Of a DNA stretch of 64,000 bases, positions 40,689 through 50,596 are shown piece after piece. Source of the DNA: a virus (Duplodnaviria > Heunggongvirae > Uroviricota > Caudoviricetes); the IMG/VR virus record IMGVR_UViG_2565956719_000002; one strand, 5' to 3'. How positions within the stretch are numbered: the stretch's first letter is position 1; the number at the start of each line of letters is the position of its first letter. Below the pieces are notes generated by a model. That model searched no databases. It was given only the letters and a program-made list of their open reading frames with translations, and was not told the DNA's origin. Made by a program: the position numbers and the translations under genes.

Positions 40689-41200
40689 GCCGCGTTTCCT
40701 TCTTTCTTATTAACAATTACACCGTCATATATTTCATTAAGGTGCCCTCTCAACTCCATGCGCCTTAATGCAGATAACATGTAATCGCATTCAACCTGCT
40801 TATTTCCAGTAAATGGCTTATCGTCAGGATTACCCCAACAGCAATTACCCTTGGGCCACCCATGTACTTTCCGTACTCTTCCGTTAACAACGTGAAGTAA
40901 TCCCCAGCCAGGTGGTAAATCCTCAACTGAAATAATTCCCGGCTCACTAATAAAGAATCGCCAGTCGCCCATTCCAAGAGATGGATTTTTACGAAAACGC
41001 TTTTTTCTATCTGCCAACAAGTCAGCACGAGAACACTTCGCCTCTATCAGGCATGATGCTGAATTTCTGAATCCCATAGCATCTGGCTGTTCTCCGGTAC
41101 TGGTTACAGCTATAAAGCGGTCATGAAAACAAACCTTGAACCCGTTACGCTTAAGGAACTTATACGCAATCTGACAGAGTTCGCGGTGTGTTAACGCCAT
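40685..41200 (-). CDS. Putative PD-(D/E)xK-type nuclease
   Basis: About 172 aa from ATG (MALTHRE); D...IEAKCSRAD motif. Confidence 0.45.
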   Translation of the reverse strand: MALTHRELCQIAYKFLKRNGFKVCFHDRFIAVTSTGEQPDAMGFRNSASCLIEAKCSRADLLADRKKRFRKNPSLGMGDWRFFISEPGIISVEDLPPGWGLLHVVNGRVRKVHGWPKGNCCWGNPDDKPFTGNKQVECDYMLSALRRMELRGHLNEIYDGVIVNKKEGNAA

Positions 41201-41562
41201 ATCACTCTCCTTTAGTGCGCAAGTGGTTTTTCCAGCGGTTTTGCGCCGCGCTGGGCTTTTTGCAAAAACCACAATCCATCATCCCGTAATATTTCATCAA
41301 CCCCATCCGTCGGTTGCTGAGTCTCACCCACTGCCAGACGCCAGGAGCGTTTCTACGAACTAACAGAATCTTTGCTTTACGGTTTTTCATCGCTTTGCTC
41401 TCCTGCGTCTCTTTGCTGCTCGTCGTGCCGCTGCAATACCGGTATGGCGGCGCTTTGGTGCCGGGATGATGTTGTCAGCCATCAGGACATGTGGCTTTGC
41501 AATTAGCGCAGAAGCCCAAAAACGAGTCGGGTACGGTAACAAGCCGAAAAATGCCACACGCA

Positions 41563-41925
41563 TTACTCACCTCCCTTACCCTGAAGCATGGCAGCGCGGC
41601 AGGCGTTCCAGCCATCAACATAATCAAACGTATTGCTATCGTCTGGCTCGATTTCATCCGGCACTACCGGCTCTGGTTGGATAGTGACGTTGGCAAAGGC
41701 AGCACGCAAACCGGCCTTAATTTCCTCTACTTCATCAGCGCCTAGCGATGAATCTGACAATGCGTGATGGAATGCGTAAGCCATGTCGTCGTTTACTGCA
41801 ACCGGTTCGGCTTCCAGTGATGCCAGCGCAATTCGTGCCAGTTCCATTTGTTCGCCACGGGTAAGCCCGTTATCAAGCGGATTTTTAATGAATAATTCGA
41901 TACGTTCTTTGGTAATAGTGGTCAT
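41563..41925 (-). CDS. Hypothetical protein (paralog of the N-terminus of 40149-40688)
   Basis: 120 aa, MTTITKERIELFI...ELARIALASLEAEPV. Confidence 0.5.
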   Translation of the reverse strand: MTTITKERIELFIKNPLDNGLTRGEQMELARIALASLEAEPVAVNDDMAYAFHHALSDSSLGADEVEEIKAGLRAAFANVTIQPEPVVPDEIEPDDSNTFDYVDGWNACRAAMLQGKGGE

Positions 41926-42131
41926 TTGTTAATCCTCAAAACTTTATGCCCGGGCGCAAAAGCACGTGTTTTGTCTTTACTTATTCGCCACCCGTCTTTA
42001 CGGGCCTCTTTTGCACAACCAGACCATGACGTACCGATATACTCACCGAAGTCTGGCACTGGATATACACCTTCCGTACACTGGCGGCAGTCACAATAGA
42101 GATGCATGGTGTAACTTGCAGCGATAGCCAT
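41922..42131 (-). CDS. Small Cys-containing protein
   Basis: About 70 aa from internal ATG; CDCRQC motif. Confidence 0.3.
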   Translation of the reverse strand: MAIAASYTMHLYCDCRQCTEGVYPVPDFGEYIGTSWSGCAKEARKDGWRISKDKTRAFAPGHKVLRINK

Positions 42132-42132
42132 A

Positions 42133-42576
42133 TCACTCTCCTTTGATGCGAATGCCTGTTGCAATGCTGTTTATGATGCTGTCAGTGCATGGGGTAGAAA
42201 GCTGGGCATCTCCAGCAATTTTCATGACATCAACATCTGCATATCGAATACCGAGGTGTATCAGACCGGCTATACCTGACTTAAGCCGAGCATTTTCCAT
42301 AAACAGATCCTTTGCCCGCTGTTTTTCTGCCTCAAGCTCAACGCGCAACTTCCCTACCGTTAGCGCAATATCCTCGTTCTCCTGGTCGCGGGATTTGATG
42401 TATTGCTGGTTTCTTTCCCGTTCATCCAACAATACCAGCGCGATATCTGGCGAAAAGTGCTTCATAAAATCGTTAAGCGCATTAATTCGCTGATCGAAAG
42501 GCATTACAGGTGCTTCACCAGCAATTTTTGTTTTTTCAGCGATTTCACGAAGCTTTTGATAATCAATCTTGCTCAC
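42133..42576 (-). CDS. Ea22/Ead-like protein
   Basis: 147 aa beginning MSKIDYQKLREIAEK, the N-terminal signature of lambdoid Ea22-type proteins as recalled. Confidence 0.5.
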   Translation of the reverse strand: MSKIDYQKLREIAEKTKIAGEAPVMPFDQRINALNDFMKHFSPDIALVLLDERERNQQYIKSRDQENEDIALTVGKLRVELEAEKQRAKDLFMENARLKSGIAGLIHLGIRYADVDVMKIAGDAQLSTPCTDSIINSIATGIRIKGE

Positions 42577-43307
42577 TGGTTGCCTCCTTTGCGAAGCTGG
42601 GCAGCAAAGTCAACTAACCACTCAGTCATTTCAACCTTCCCTACCAAGTCTGAACCAGGGTGCATACAGCAATCACTCTGCGCCGCTTTGAAATCCTTAT
42701 ACTCATATTCTTGGGCCACCAGATTTTTTGCAGCTTCTATAGCAGCATCCACCCCCTGCGCCCGGACTTCAGCCAAGAAAGCGTCGGTGGCTGACATATT
42801 TCCTGTTGCCTTCATGGCCTTCAAAATAACCAGAACGCCATCTCGCCCAACCACCTCAGCGATAACCTCGGTGTTGTCGCCAACAACATCGCAGAATGCC
42901 TGAACTGCCTTACGAGCCAGCTCATTCTCCACTGCCAGCGCCGTGCGATTACCCTCCAGCTCTGCAATGCGCTGTTTTGCGGCATCCAGTTCAATCGACA
43001 ATTTTTCCAACTGCTCTTGATGCTTCTTGTATTCCTGATATGCGTGCCAAGACTGACCTTTGCGCACACTATCAGTGATATCAGTAATCTGTTCTGGTGT
43101 TAGCGTGGTCAGTGGCTGTGATGGGAAAATAAGCACTTTCCCGGAATCCCAATCAAAACCAGCGTGAATTGACTGAACCTCAACTGAAGGTGTTGAACCA
43201 ATGCTGCCAGGCGAATGAACAACGATTGTTACATCCATATCGCGACGATGGCTGTGGTTGTTGGACAAAATACGATTCACCAACTCAGAAAATTTGGAAA
43301 ATTTCAT
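42573..43307 (-). CDS. Ea22/Ead-like coiled-coil protein (paralog)
   Basis: 244 aa; C-terminal TDAFLAEVRAQG...LRKGGNQ shared with 43591-44328. Confidence 0.5.
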   Translation of the reverse strand: MKFSKFSELVNRILSNNHSHRRDMDVTIVVHSPGSIGSTPSVEVQSIHAGFDWDSGKVLIFPSQPLTTLTPEQITDITDSVRKGQSWHAYQEYKKHQEQLEKLSIELDAAKQRIAELEGNRTALAVENELARKAVQAFCDVVGDNTEVIAEVVGRDGVLVILKAMKATGNMSATDAFLAEVRAQGVDAAIEAAKNLVAQEYEYKDFKAAQSDCCMHPGSDLVGKVEMTEWLVDFAAQLRKGGNQ

Positions 43308-43594
43308 GCTGATTCCCCTTTCTCTGCTCTCTCCTGTCGGAACATCACTATCATCAGGTCGCCTTTTGTCGCTATCCTGGCTGTTGTACCTGGTTCAATG
43401 CGGCTAAGCTCAAATGCGTCATAGAACGCTTCTAATGCCTTCTGGCGTAGTTCCTGTTTGCGCCGTTTTTTCCACTGTTTTAGGAAAATGGAACCCAGCC
43501 ATCGCCATGTACGGGACATGATGTAAAGCCAACCGAGAAGTGCCAGACCGGTATTTAGGAGCGTATCGATCGTTATTGTCGTGTCGATATTCAC
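43304..43594 (-). CDS. Small membrane protein (start uncertain)
   Basis: Hydrophobic segment, basic C-terminus. Confidence 0.3.
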   Translation of the reverse strand: MNIDTTITIDTLLNTGLALLGWLYIMSRTWRWLGSIFLKQWKKRRKQELRQKALEAFYDAFELSRIEPGTTARIATKGDLMIVMFRQERAEKGESA

Positions 43595-44328
43595 TGGCTG
43601 CTTCCTTTGCGAATCTGTTCCGCCCATTCTTCAAGGGATTTCTCCGCATATTCACCAGACAGGCCATCAATCGGATGCGCTTCATTAGCCAACTCTTCTT
43701 TCGCTGACAAAATCATGCGTGTAACGTCGAAAACTTCACGCAAAGACTTATTGATAAATCCGTGATTGAACGCAGCAGCAAGACGGCTGGCGGTATAGTT
43801 AATCCCCTCGTTGCGTGCTTCCGCACGAATTTCAGCAAGAAAAGCATCGGTAGCTGGAGTTTCGCTGTGGTGTAGGGCATCGTTGATAATCATTGCAGCA
43901 ACACCAGCCTGCCCTGCATCCGTGACCGACACATGCTCAAGAGTTACGGCCATTGCGTGTTTCAGCCCGGCGTTCTCTGCCACCAGCGCCGCGAGCTTAG
44001 TCTCAAGCGGTGCTATTCGGCACATAGCATCAATATTTGTGTCCTCCAGGCGCTTAATTTCACCAAGTAGCGCCAGTGCAACCTTTGGGTTGAATGCGGC
44101 AACATAACGAGCGTTGTTCTCTGCGTTTTTCAGCCCATCAAAGCCGGTCCATTTGATAACATCTTCACATCGTTTATCACCGGGCGTATGCACCGCATAC
44201 GTACCAGTACCCGGCGAAATAAATGCGACCCATTCGCCCTGTGTTGCCTGTTTTGCTATCTCACGCAGTGCCCGGTAATTAATTTTGCTCACTGGCTGCC
44301 TCCTTTGCGGAGTTGCGCTTCGATGCAC
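43591..44328 (-). CDS. Ea22/Ead-like protein (paralog)
   Basis: 245 aa; INYRALREIAKQATQGEW N-terminus; C-terminal IRKGSSQ. Confidence 0.5.
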   Translation of the reverse strand: MHRSATPQRRQPVSKINYRALREIAKQATQGEWVAFISPGTGTYAVHTPGDKRCEDVIKWTGFDGLKNAENNARYVAAFNPKVALALLGEIKRLEDTNIDAMCRIAPLETKLAALVAENAGLKHAMAVTLEHVSVTDAGQAGVAAMIINDALHHSETPATDAFLAEIRAEARNEGINYTASRLAAAFNHGFINKSLREVFDVTRMILSAKEELANEAHPIDGLSGEYAEKSLEEWAEQIRKGSSQ

Positions 44329-44528
44329 GAAAAAAAAGACTCCCGAGTATGACTGTTAAGAGCTGGTGCGAACGCCGCGTTAAGAACGGCAGCATCACAG
44401 CCGTCATCAATATAGAGCGCAATTTTTTTCTCCAGGCGCGCTTTGGCTTCCTGCAACTGCATACCCCGGCACGCACGCGGGATATAATCAGCAATTTGAG
44501 CGATAGCTTTTTCGTTCTGTTTAAACAT
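44289..44528 (-). CDS. Small protein with Ea22-type C-terminal tail
   Basis: 79 aa ending QLRKGGSQ. Confidence 0.35.
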   Translation of the reverse strand: MFKQNEKAIAQIADYIPRACRGMQLQEAKARLEKKIALYIDDGCDAAVLNAAFAPALNSHTRESFFSCIEAQLRKGGSQ

Positions 44529-44724
44529 GCTTCACCTCGATAGGCTTGATGGTGTCTAACAGCAGTCGACGGCGCGTATTTTCTGCAAAGTGGCGGCGTC
44601 CGGTATCTTTGTGGTAAAACTCATTTTTGCCGACGACCCACATCCGCTCTGTTTGGTGCAGTTTTTTTACCTGCGGACCGTCTTTGGTGATCACGGTGCC
44701 GGTATGGGTTTTTACGATTGTCAT
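44521..44724 (-). CDS. Hypothetical protein
   Basis: 67-aa ORF packed between neighbours. Confidence 0.35.
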   Translation of the reverse strand: MTIVKTHTGTVITKDGPQVKKLHQTERMWVVGKNEFYHKDTGRRHFAENTRRRLLLDTIKPIEVKHV

Positions 44725-44807
44725 GCCACTACCTATTCGAACAGATGAACGAGACAGGCTGATGCTCGTCCACCTGAAAAACTGACGATTTGATGCATAC
44801 TCACGGT

Positions 44808-45536
44808 TTATTCCTGAATGCGCTTAAACTCGATTACCCACACCCAGGGATTAGCGTTCCAGCTTTCTTCACCATAGATGGATTCCCACAGGCGCTGGAA
44901 CGCAACCTTGGCCATTGCGAAATCCCCCTTGGGAGTAAGGAATGTTCCCGGGTGATCAGGAAGCAAACTTCCAGCAGGCGGAACGCCCTCAGCCCTTGCA
45001 TCGCATTCGCTGATATCGTTCAACCGTTCAACGCGCACGTTGGTAATTTCCAACAGAATGCGTGATGCCCATCGCGGCATGTGAATTGATGGACGCCACC
45101 CACCATCAAACTTTTCATTCACAGTGTGAGGTTTCCAGTCGGCATCATCGGGTATCGACCATAAGCCGTAATCACCAGGTTTTTGCTCGCAACTGGCCCG
45201 ATAAATCCTTGCTGCGTTCTTCTCATCGCCACGACAAAGGTTGTCGTTCCAGTCCACACTGCAACCATCCTCATTGCCTAATATCGCCCATGTTTCACGA
45301 ACCCAAATTCGATCGCCGACGATACCAAAGGGGCAATTGAAAACACTGCTTACACCATCAGCCCCGTACCACTGAAAACCTGCACCAATTTCCCTAACCA
45401 TCACTGGTGCTTCTGGACCAACTTCCGCAGGCTGATTTTTCATTATCCGCCGCGTCTGCGTTTTCCTTCCTTCGAGGATGGCTCGGACCATCTCATCGTT
45501 GAAAATCATGCCGCGCTCTTTCACTTCGCCTTTCAT
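44808..45536 (-). CDS. Hypothetical protein
   Basis: 242-aa ORF preceded by an operator-like box. Confidence 0.5.
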   Translation of the reverse strand: MKGEVKERGMIFNDEMVRAILEGRKTQTRRIMKNQPAEVGPEAPVMVREIGAGFQWYGADGVSSVFNCPFGIVGDRIWVRETWAILGNEDGCSVDWNDNLCRGDEKNAARIYRASCEQKPGDYGLWSIPDDADWKPHTVNEKFDGGWRPSIHMPRWASRILLEITNVRVERLNDISECDARAEGVPPAGSLLPDHPGTFLTPKGDFAMAKVAFQRLWESIYGEESWNANPWVWVIEFKRIQE

Positions 45537-45714
45537 GCATCCCCCTTACCCATGCGCGACGATGCCGCCAAAAGTGATAGAGAACAGCCAGAAATAGATC
45601 GCGGCCATAATGATTTTGAATGCCGTGTTCATATTTTCAGCTCCTGTGATTGATTGGATACATGCCGCGCCTTACGGCATGTTTTTATTTTCACTTTCTC
45701 TGTTTTAAAAATCA

Positions 45715-45731
45715 AGATTTATTAGAGCAAT
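45715..45731 (-). promoter_or_regulatory. C1-operator-like 17-mer
   Basis: Minus strand ATTGCTCTAATAAATCT, 16/17. Confidence 0.5.
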
Positions 45732-46237
45732 TATTGTTGATGTAGAAGCGCGTTTTCATACTCCCTGACCATTAACGTAAGTACGCCGTGACTCCTGAAA
45801 ACACGCGCCACTTCAATCTTATCTTCCAGCGCGAACGCAATTTTACTTAGACCAATTTTCTTCAGGAGATCAATCTTTGCTGGACCGTCATTTCTGTCAT
45901 CGGTGGCAGGACGCATAGATAGCAAAGGCTCCGCCCCATTTGTTACGTGCTTACGCAACCAGGCTCGTGTTTTATCCCTGGCTATCTCACAGCGCCCGGT
46001 TACAAACCAGAGGGTGTAAATGCCGGACAACTGGCGCACCATATCAATAACTGGAGTGATGGGAGCATCAGTGTCACAGGCAAGGTTAAACTCGTTCCAG
46101 TGCTCTGTTAATGCACCTTTGCCAGGTGGTGGAAGTAAATGCAGCCTGTCTTCCGTTGCCTCTGATATCGTCCCATCAATATCTACTATGACGATGTACG
46201 GACGTTCCTGGTGTGCGTGTTTATTGAAAATACTCAA
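45731..46237 (-). CDS. HAD-superfamily phosphatase-like protein
   Basis: 168 aa with N-terminal VIVDIDGTI (DxDGT) motif. Confidence 0.5.
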   Translation of the reverse strand: MSIFNKHAHQERPYIVIVDIDGTISEATEDRLHLLPPPGKGALTEHWNEFNLACDTDAPITPVIDMVRQLSGIYTLWFVTGRCEIARDKTRAWLRKHVTNGAEPLLSMRPATDDRNDGPAKIDLLKKIGLSKIAFALEDKIEVARVFRSHGVLTLMVREYENALLHQQ

Positions 46238-46310
46238 ATGCCCTCCTCATTGGACGAAAAAAAATGCTGGTGGGAGCACTCCACCAGCATTAAAAGTGAC
46301 ACTGTAACTA

Positions 46311-47573
46311 TCAGCGAACGTAAATAGTGCCGCCGTTCTCTTTTTCCCATGCATCGCTACGTGCATAGCAAACATCGAGAAGTCTTCTTGCCGCAGTTTC
46401 CTCTAAACCCAATTCGACAACCAACTGCTCATGACGGCGGGTAACCACATCAAACAGGGTATGCAGCCCTTTAGTTGCCAGATCATCAATGAATTCCGGT
46501 TCGAACGGCAGCTCTGCATCTGCCAACATAACCTCTTGCGCCCACTCAACTCGACGGACCAATTCCGGGCGACGGCTTTCCATCTCTTTACAGATCAATT
46601 CATGGAAGAACTCTACCCAACCTTCCGGCTGGAACTCGCGGAAAATTGCCAACGGCTGGAAGTTTGGCATCAACCATTCGTTGATTCGGATATCAATGGC
46701 ATAGCCCATGTCGCAGCAGAACTGATAAGCAAAGTCCAGCTTAGAAACGATATAAGGACGCTCGTTATTGAACTCTTTAGGCGATGAGATCCCATAAGCC
46801 AGGAGGCGCGGGAAGAAGGAGATTTGCCCTAACGTCGGATGAAGTTTGCTTGCAGGGAAACGGCGCTCAGTAATGCCATACATTTCCTTCTTGAGCGTCG
46901 CAAATTTGGCATTCTCATTAACCAGCGCGGTAACCTCTGCTTTTTTATTAGCAAATGCCACGCGCGCCTCGCTTGCATCTTTAATAGTTTTTTTGAGCTG
47001 TTGGTTAAGGTCGGCGACCTGCTTACGCAGTTCCTGTCGCTCGCTTTTAGCTTTGTTATAGCGTTTCTCAAGGTTAAAAGGATCAAGTTTCATGATCTCT
47101 TTATATTGAGATTTTAGCGTTGAAATCTGTGAGTTCCGCAGTTCAACCATCGCAGTCATTTCATTGAGTTTTGTTTCCAGCTCAATGCTTATACGTTCGG
47201 CATTATCAGCACGCTGGTTGGCGTCATGCGTCGCATCGTCGATCGCGTCCTGTTGCTGGCGTTTCAAATGTTCAATTTGCAGCTGAAGCTCTTCAATTTC
47301 TTTACCCTTCAGACCGAGATCCAACTGCATATTTTCAGCTGCATCTACCAGGGAGTTATGGCTATCAGCTTCTGCGTTATAAACATCAATAAGCTGTGCG
47401 TGAAGCATCTCCGCTGACTGAACCGCATTATCAAAAAAACGCGCTGTGAGGTCATCACAACTAACGCGGCGTTGCGCGGCCCGGATGTTCTGGATAATGG
47501 CCGGGATACCGGCATTCAGGACGTCAGGGATAGATACATTTTCGATTGATTGTTTTTGTGCTGAAGTGCTCAT
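46311..47573 (-). CDS. Coiled-coil protein
   Basis: 420 aa, long heptad-rich N-terminal half, globular C-terminus. Confidence 0.5.
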   Translation of the reverse strand: MSTSAQKQSIENVSIPDVLNAGIPAIIQNIRAAQRRVSCDDLTARFFDNAVQSAEMLHAQLIDVYNAEADSHNSLVDAAENMQLDLGLKGKEIEELQLQIEHLKRQQQDAIDDATHDANQRADNAERISIELETKLNEMTAMVELRNSQISTLKSQYKEIMKLDPFNLEKRYNKAKSERQELRKQVADLNQQLKKTIKDASEARVAFANKKAEVTALVNENAKFATLKKEMYGITERRFPASKLHPTLGQISFFPRLLAYGISSPKEFNNERPYIVSKLDFAYQFCCDMGYAIDIRINEWLMPNFQPLAIFREFQPEGWVEFFHELICKEMESRRPELVRRVEWAQEVMLADAELPFEPEFIDDLATKGLHTLFDVVTRRHEQLVVELGLEETAARRLLDVCYARSDAWEKENGGTIYVR

Positions 47574-47574
47574 T

Positions 47575-47793
47575 TCAAAGTTCCGTATTAGCTTGTGCTT
47601 CGGTCATTTTTCCTAAGTATGAAGGAGGAAGGACTACGCAATTTGTATCCAGTCCCTCACCTATGGCAGCCTGTAAAATTCTGGCTAAGGTGAGTCTCTT
47701 GTTGCGATACCTGGTGATGACATGCCTGATACCGCCGGTCGGCGTAACAAAGGCGATCAGCCAGTAGTGATATTTCCGTCGGAATGGCCACAT
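47575..47793 (-). CDS. Hypothetical small protein
   Basis: 72-aa ORF. Confidence 0.3.
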   Translation of the reverse strand: MWPFRRKYHYWLIAFVTPTGGIRHVITRYRNKRLTLARILQAAIGEGLDTNCVVLPPSYLGKMTEAQANTEL

Positions 47794-47807
47794 AGTGCAC
47801 CTTGTAG

Positions 47808-47824
47808 ATTGCTCTAATAAAAAA
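47808..47824 (+). promoter_or_regulatory. C1-operator-like box
   Basis: ATTGCTCTAATAAAAAA, 14/17. Confidence 0.4.
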
Positions 47825-47845
47825 CGTGATGAGTGTACATCACGT
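47824..47845. terminator. Perfect palindrome flanked by A- and T-runs (bidirectional terminator candidate)
   Basis: ACGTGATGAGTGTACATCACGT. Confidence 0.5.
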
Positions 47846-47856
47846 TTTAAAAATAT

Positions 47857-47873
47857 GGAATTATTAGAGCAAT
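47857..47873 (-). promoter_or_regulatory. C1-operator-like box
   Basis: Minus strand ATTGCTCTAATAATTCC, 14/17. Confidence 0.4.
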
Positions 47874-47874
47874 A

Positions 47875-48576
47875 TTATTCTGATTCTCGCTCAAAAAATG
47901 AGCTGATAAGGGGAAGCCAATCCTCTGACACTTCGCGAGGTCGCGGTTTGCCGTGGAAAAAGATTATTCGGCAGTCTTTTGGTAATGCCCCATTCCCCCT
48001 GGAGTAACGCGCGCTCGCATATTTTGAACCAGGTTCCACAACATCGGCCTTGTAACTTACAAACCATCCTGGATACAGATCCTGAAATGCTGGTGTATCA
48101 TCGCCCATAACCTTTCGTAAGAACCCCTGGTCACCCCAGCACTCAGTAGTGACACAACGAGAAATCCAACCTTCCGGATCTTGCCAGAATGAACTCCAGA
48201 TATGCGCTTTAACACTATTTGGTATCCACAGGGCACCGCTGCCACGATATTGTGGATGGTAAAAATCCCTAAGCATGGTGAAGCTGGTTGGTGGATGCTC
48301 TAGGATTGGGCGTATATCACCGGCAATAACCGTGTCCAAATCCAGATAGAACAGATCATCGGTTATATCCGGTCGGAACAACTCGATTTTCGCCCACCAG
48401 CCACGGCACTTTTGCCACTGGTTGATCAATGGGACAACTTTGACGCCAGGTACATGTAAACGCTTCAGGTCTGTCAGGCAAATAATTTCATAGCCTTTTG
48501 GCAGTTGATTAACCAGCCACTGCACATCGGAAGCGTTATAGTCACCACCAGAGCGAAAAACTAAAGCAATCTTCAT
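47875..48576 (-). CDS. Putative glycosyltransferase (GT-A-like, DxD motif)
   Basis: 233 aa; [13 protein letters not shown]-terminus and [11 protein letters not shown] acidic motif. Confidence 0.4.
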   Translation of the reverse strand: MKIALVFRSGGDYNASDVQWLVNQLPKGYEIICLTDLKRLHVPGVKVVPLINQWQKCRGWWAKIELFRPDITDDLFYLDLDTVIAGDIRPILEHPPTSFTMLRDFYHPQYRGSGALWIPNSVKAHIWSSFWQDPEGWISRCVTTECWGDQGFLRKVMGDDTPAFQDLYPGWFVSYKADVVEPGSKYASARYSRGNGALPKDCRIIFFHGKPRPREVSEDWLPLISSFFERESE

Positions 48577-49265
48577 GCTGCACCATCACCTTTCACTTTC
48601 ATCAATGTCAGGTTTCCGCAAAATACGGCACCAGTGTCGATATACTGCTGATTCCAGAATGTCTTCGGGCTTTTCACCGGAGTGTGGCCAAAGATAAAAC
48701 GATCTGCGCCCGAAATTTCGCCACCAATATCATCCATCGAATCACTGATACGCTCGCGCGCCCAGACAACGTTGAAAAGCGGTACCTCCTTACCGAATTG
48801 GTATTCATTATCCGGATAGTCGGCATGGGCTATAACGATAGTTTCTTGCCCGGTGTTCAACTCAATGATATAGGGCAGACGCTTTACCAGCTCCACCAGC
48901 GCCCAGGCTAATATTTCCTGATCAGTGTCCAGCATGAAGAACCATTGTCCGCCATTCATTAGCCAGTTATTCACGTTGCCATCTGGACTTAACGCATCAA
49001 TCATCAGCCGCTCATGGTTCCCCATCACTGCCCTGAACCAGGGCATCTGCAATAGTTCCAGACATTCGACATTTTCAGTACCGCGATCGATAAGGTCGCC
49101 GACCGATATCAGTAAATCCTGCGCCGGGTCAAAATCCACACGATGGAGTTCGGACATCAGTCTGGTGTAGCAACCATGCAGATCACCAACAACCCAGACA
49201 TTCCTGTATTTGGTACCGTCGATACGGTGATAAATTGAGGGTGCCATCATGTATTCTTCAGCCAT
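48573..49265 (-). CDS. Ser/Thr protein phosphatase (lambda PPase family)
   Basis: 230 aa; VVGDLHG, GDLIDRG, GNHE metallophosphatase motifs. Confidence 0.8.
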   Translation of the reverse strand: MAEEYMMAPSIYHRIDGTKYRNVWVVGDLHGCYTRLMSELHRVDFDPAQDLLISVGDLIDRGTENVECLELLQMPWFRAVMGNHERLMIDALSPDGNVNNWLMNGGQWFFMLDTDQEILAWALVELVKRLPYIIELNTGQETIVIAHADYPDNEYQFGKEVPLFNVVWARERISDSMDDIGGEISGADRFIFGHTPVKSPKTFWNQQYIDTGAVFCGNLTLMKVKGDGAA

Positions 49266-49873
49266 TCTTTAAGAGTCATCTGCGGAATACCTCCCATTTT
49301 CCCGCATGAAACAACGTCAATCCGTTCACGCGCAGACTGGAATAACAAAGGCAGGTGACTTAGATTTTTTGGCGTGCCGCCGGAGTGAACGCGTGGTTCT
49401 TGTGTAGCGTCAACGCCCACCAGGGCGACATGTTTGAATCCGATATGGAAAGCCAGGTTCAGAGCACCATATGCACTATTGCCGCTGGCAATTTCATTCT
49501 CATCTTCGCAAAGTCCGAAATGTGCGGACCAGCGCCACGCCCACCACTCGGGAGAATTCGTATTTTTTGGCTCCATGCCACGTTCAGCCACACGACGGAA
49601 GCACAGAACGCCGTCTCTGACTTCACGTTCTTTAACATCGGGTAGTGCCATGCAATAACAAACACCACGGCGACGGCGGCCACGACCAACGCGCCGCATA
49701 TTGTCTGGCGATGGATCAAGTGTGAAAAAATAAGAAGCGCGGTTCAGCCAGTCGATGGCCCCATTGACCGCTATAATCGGCACTCCGCGCGGCGCAACAA
49801 AGTTTGCGGCGCTTGGGCCACTGCCGACGATAATAACGCGATCACTGCCTCTAAATTTATTCTTGGGAAACAT
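49247..49873 (-). CDS. Hypothetical protein, paralog of 49771-50433
   Basis: 208 aa; shared VGSGPS...IAVN...NSG..A..LA...G...V.LVG.D motifs; start overlaps upstream gene by about 100 nt. Confidence 0.45.
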   Translation of the reverse strand: MFPKNKFRGSDRVIIVGSGPSAANFVAPRGVPIIAVNGAIDWLNRASYFFTLDPSPDNMRRVGRGRRRRGVCYCMALPDVKEREVRDGVLCFRRVAERGMEPKNTNSPEWWAWRWSAHFGLCEDENEIASGNSAYGALNLAFHIGFKHVALVGVDATQEPRVHSGGTPKNLSHLPLLFQSARERIDVVSCGKMGGIPQMTLKEWLKNT

Positions 49874-50433
49874 TGAATTGCACTGCTCCTACTTGCATTC
49901 AAAATATGTAAATCTGCGTGTTTTTTGCGGGTATCCAGGAACTGCTGTTGCCATTTTGAAATAGACACCTGCGTTGGATTCCGTAGGGCTTGAGGGTGCG
50001 CGCCATGCCAATGAAGGCCGTTTTGCAGAGAACAGTCATAGCCGACTAATACCACTACTTCAGCCCCTGATTCAGCAGCCAGACTGATAGCCTGCGCGCC
50101 GCTATTTACCCCTTCCGCCGGTCCACAATATCGCCTGTACTCCAACGAAAATGATTTCGCCGCCGCCAGGTTGGCTGTCACTTTGCGGAATCTCCCTCCC
50201 GGTATGGTGGATCCGTATTGCTTCCACCATGACAAATCACCGGCGTATAAGGCATAAATGTCATCGAACATCTGCCAGGAATTGTTAACCGCGATGATTG
50301 AACAGCCAGTTTTTTCTATAGCAGCACAGTCCTCACGAGTGAGTGACGGACCGCTACCGACACAAAAAACAGTCCTAGTCGCCCTGGGTGGTATGTTCAT
50401 TCTCAGCTGCAAATTCAGCCTCCAGGCGAGCAT
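49771..50433 (-). CDS. Hypothetical protein, paralog of 49247-49873
   Basis: 220-aa ORF (shorter start near 50400 possible). Confidence 0.45.
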   Translation of the reverse strand: MLAWRLNLQLRMNIPPRATRTVFCVGSGPSLTREDCAAIEKTGCSIIAVNNSWQMFDDIYALYAGDLSWWKQYGSTIPGGRFRKVTANLAAAKSFSLEYRRYCGPAEGVNSGAQAISLAAESGAEVVVLVGYDCSLQNGLHWHGAHPQALRNPTQVSISKWQQQFLDTRKKHADLHILNASRSSAIQCFPRINLEAVIALLSSAVAQAPQTLLRRAECRL

Positions 50434-50596
50434 TCATTTCAGCGATTACAGGGTCCACTACAGCATCTGTTTCCTGTTCATTACGCGGCATGACCGATGC
50501 CAGCGACTCATAATTAACCTTGGATGACACGATTATTCTCCCGATGTTAAAGTGCACTACCACAAAGAGCGTACATGCACTAATTAATTTATTATT

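Noticed and set aside
45661-45690. Hairpin CATGCCG-CGCCTTA-CGGCATG plus T-run as a plus-strand terminator
   Set aside because: All genes nearby are on the minus strand, where the A-run precedes rather than follows the stem.
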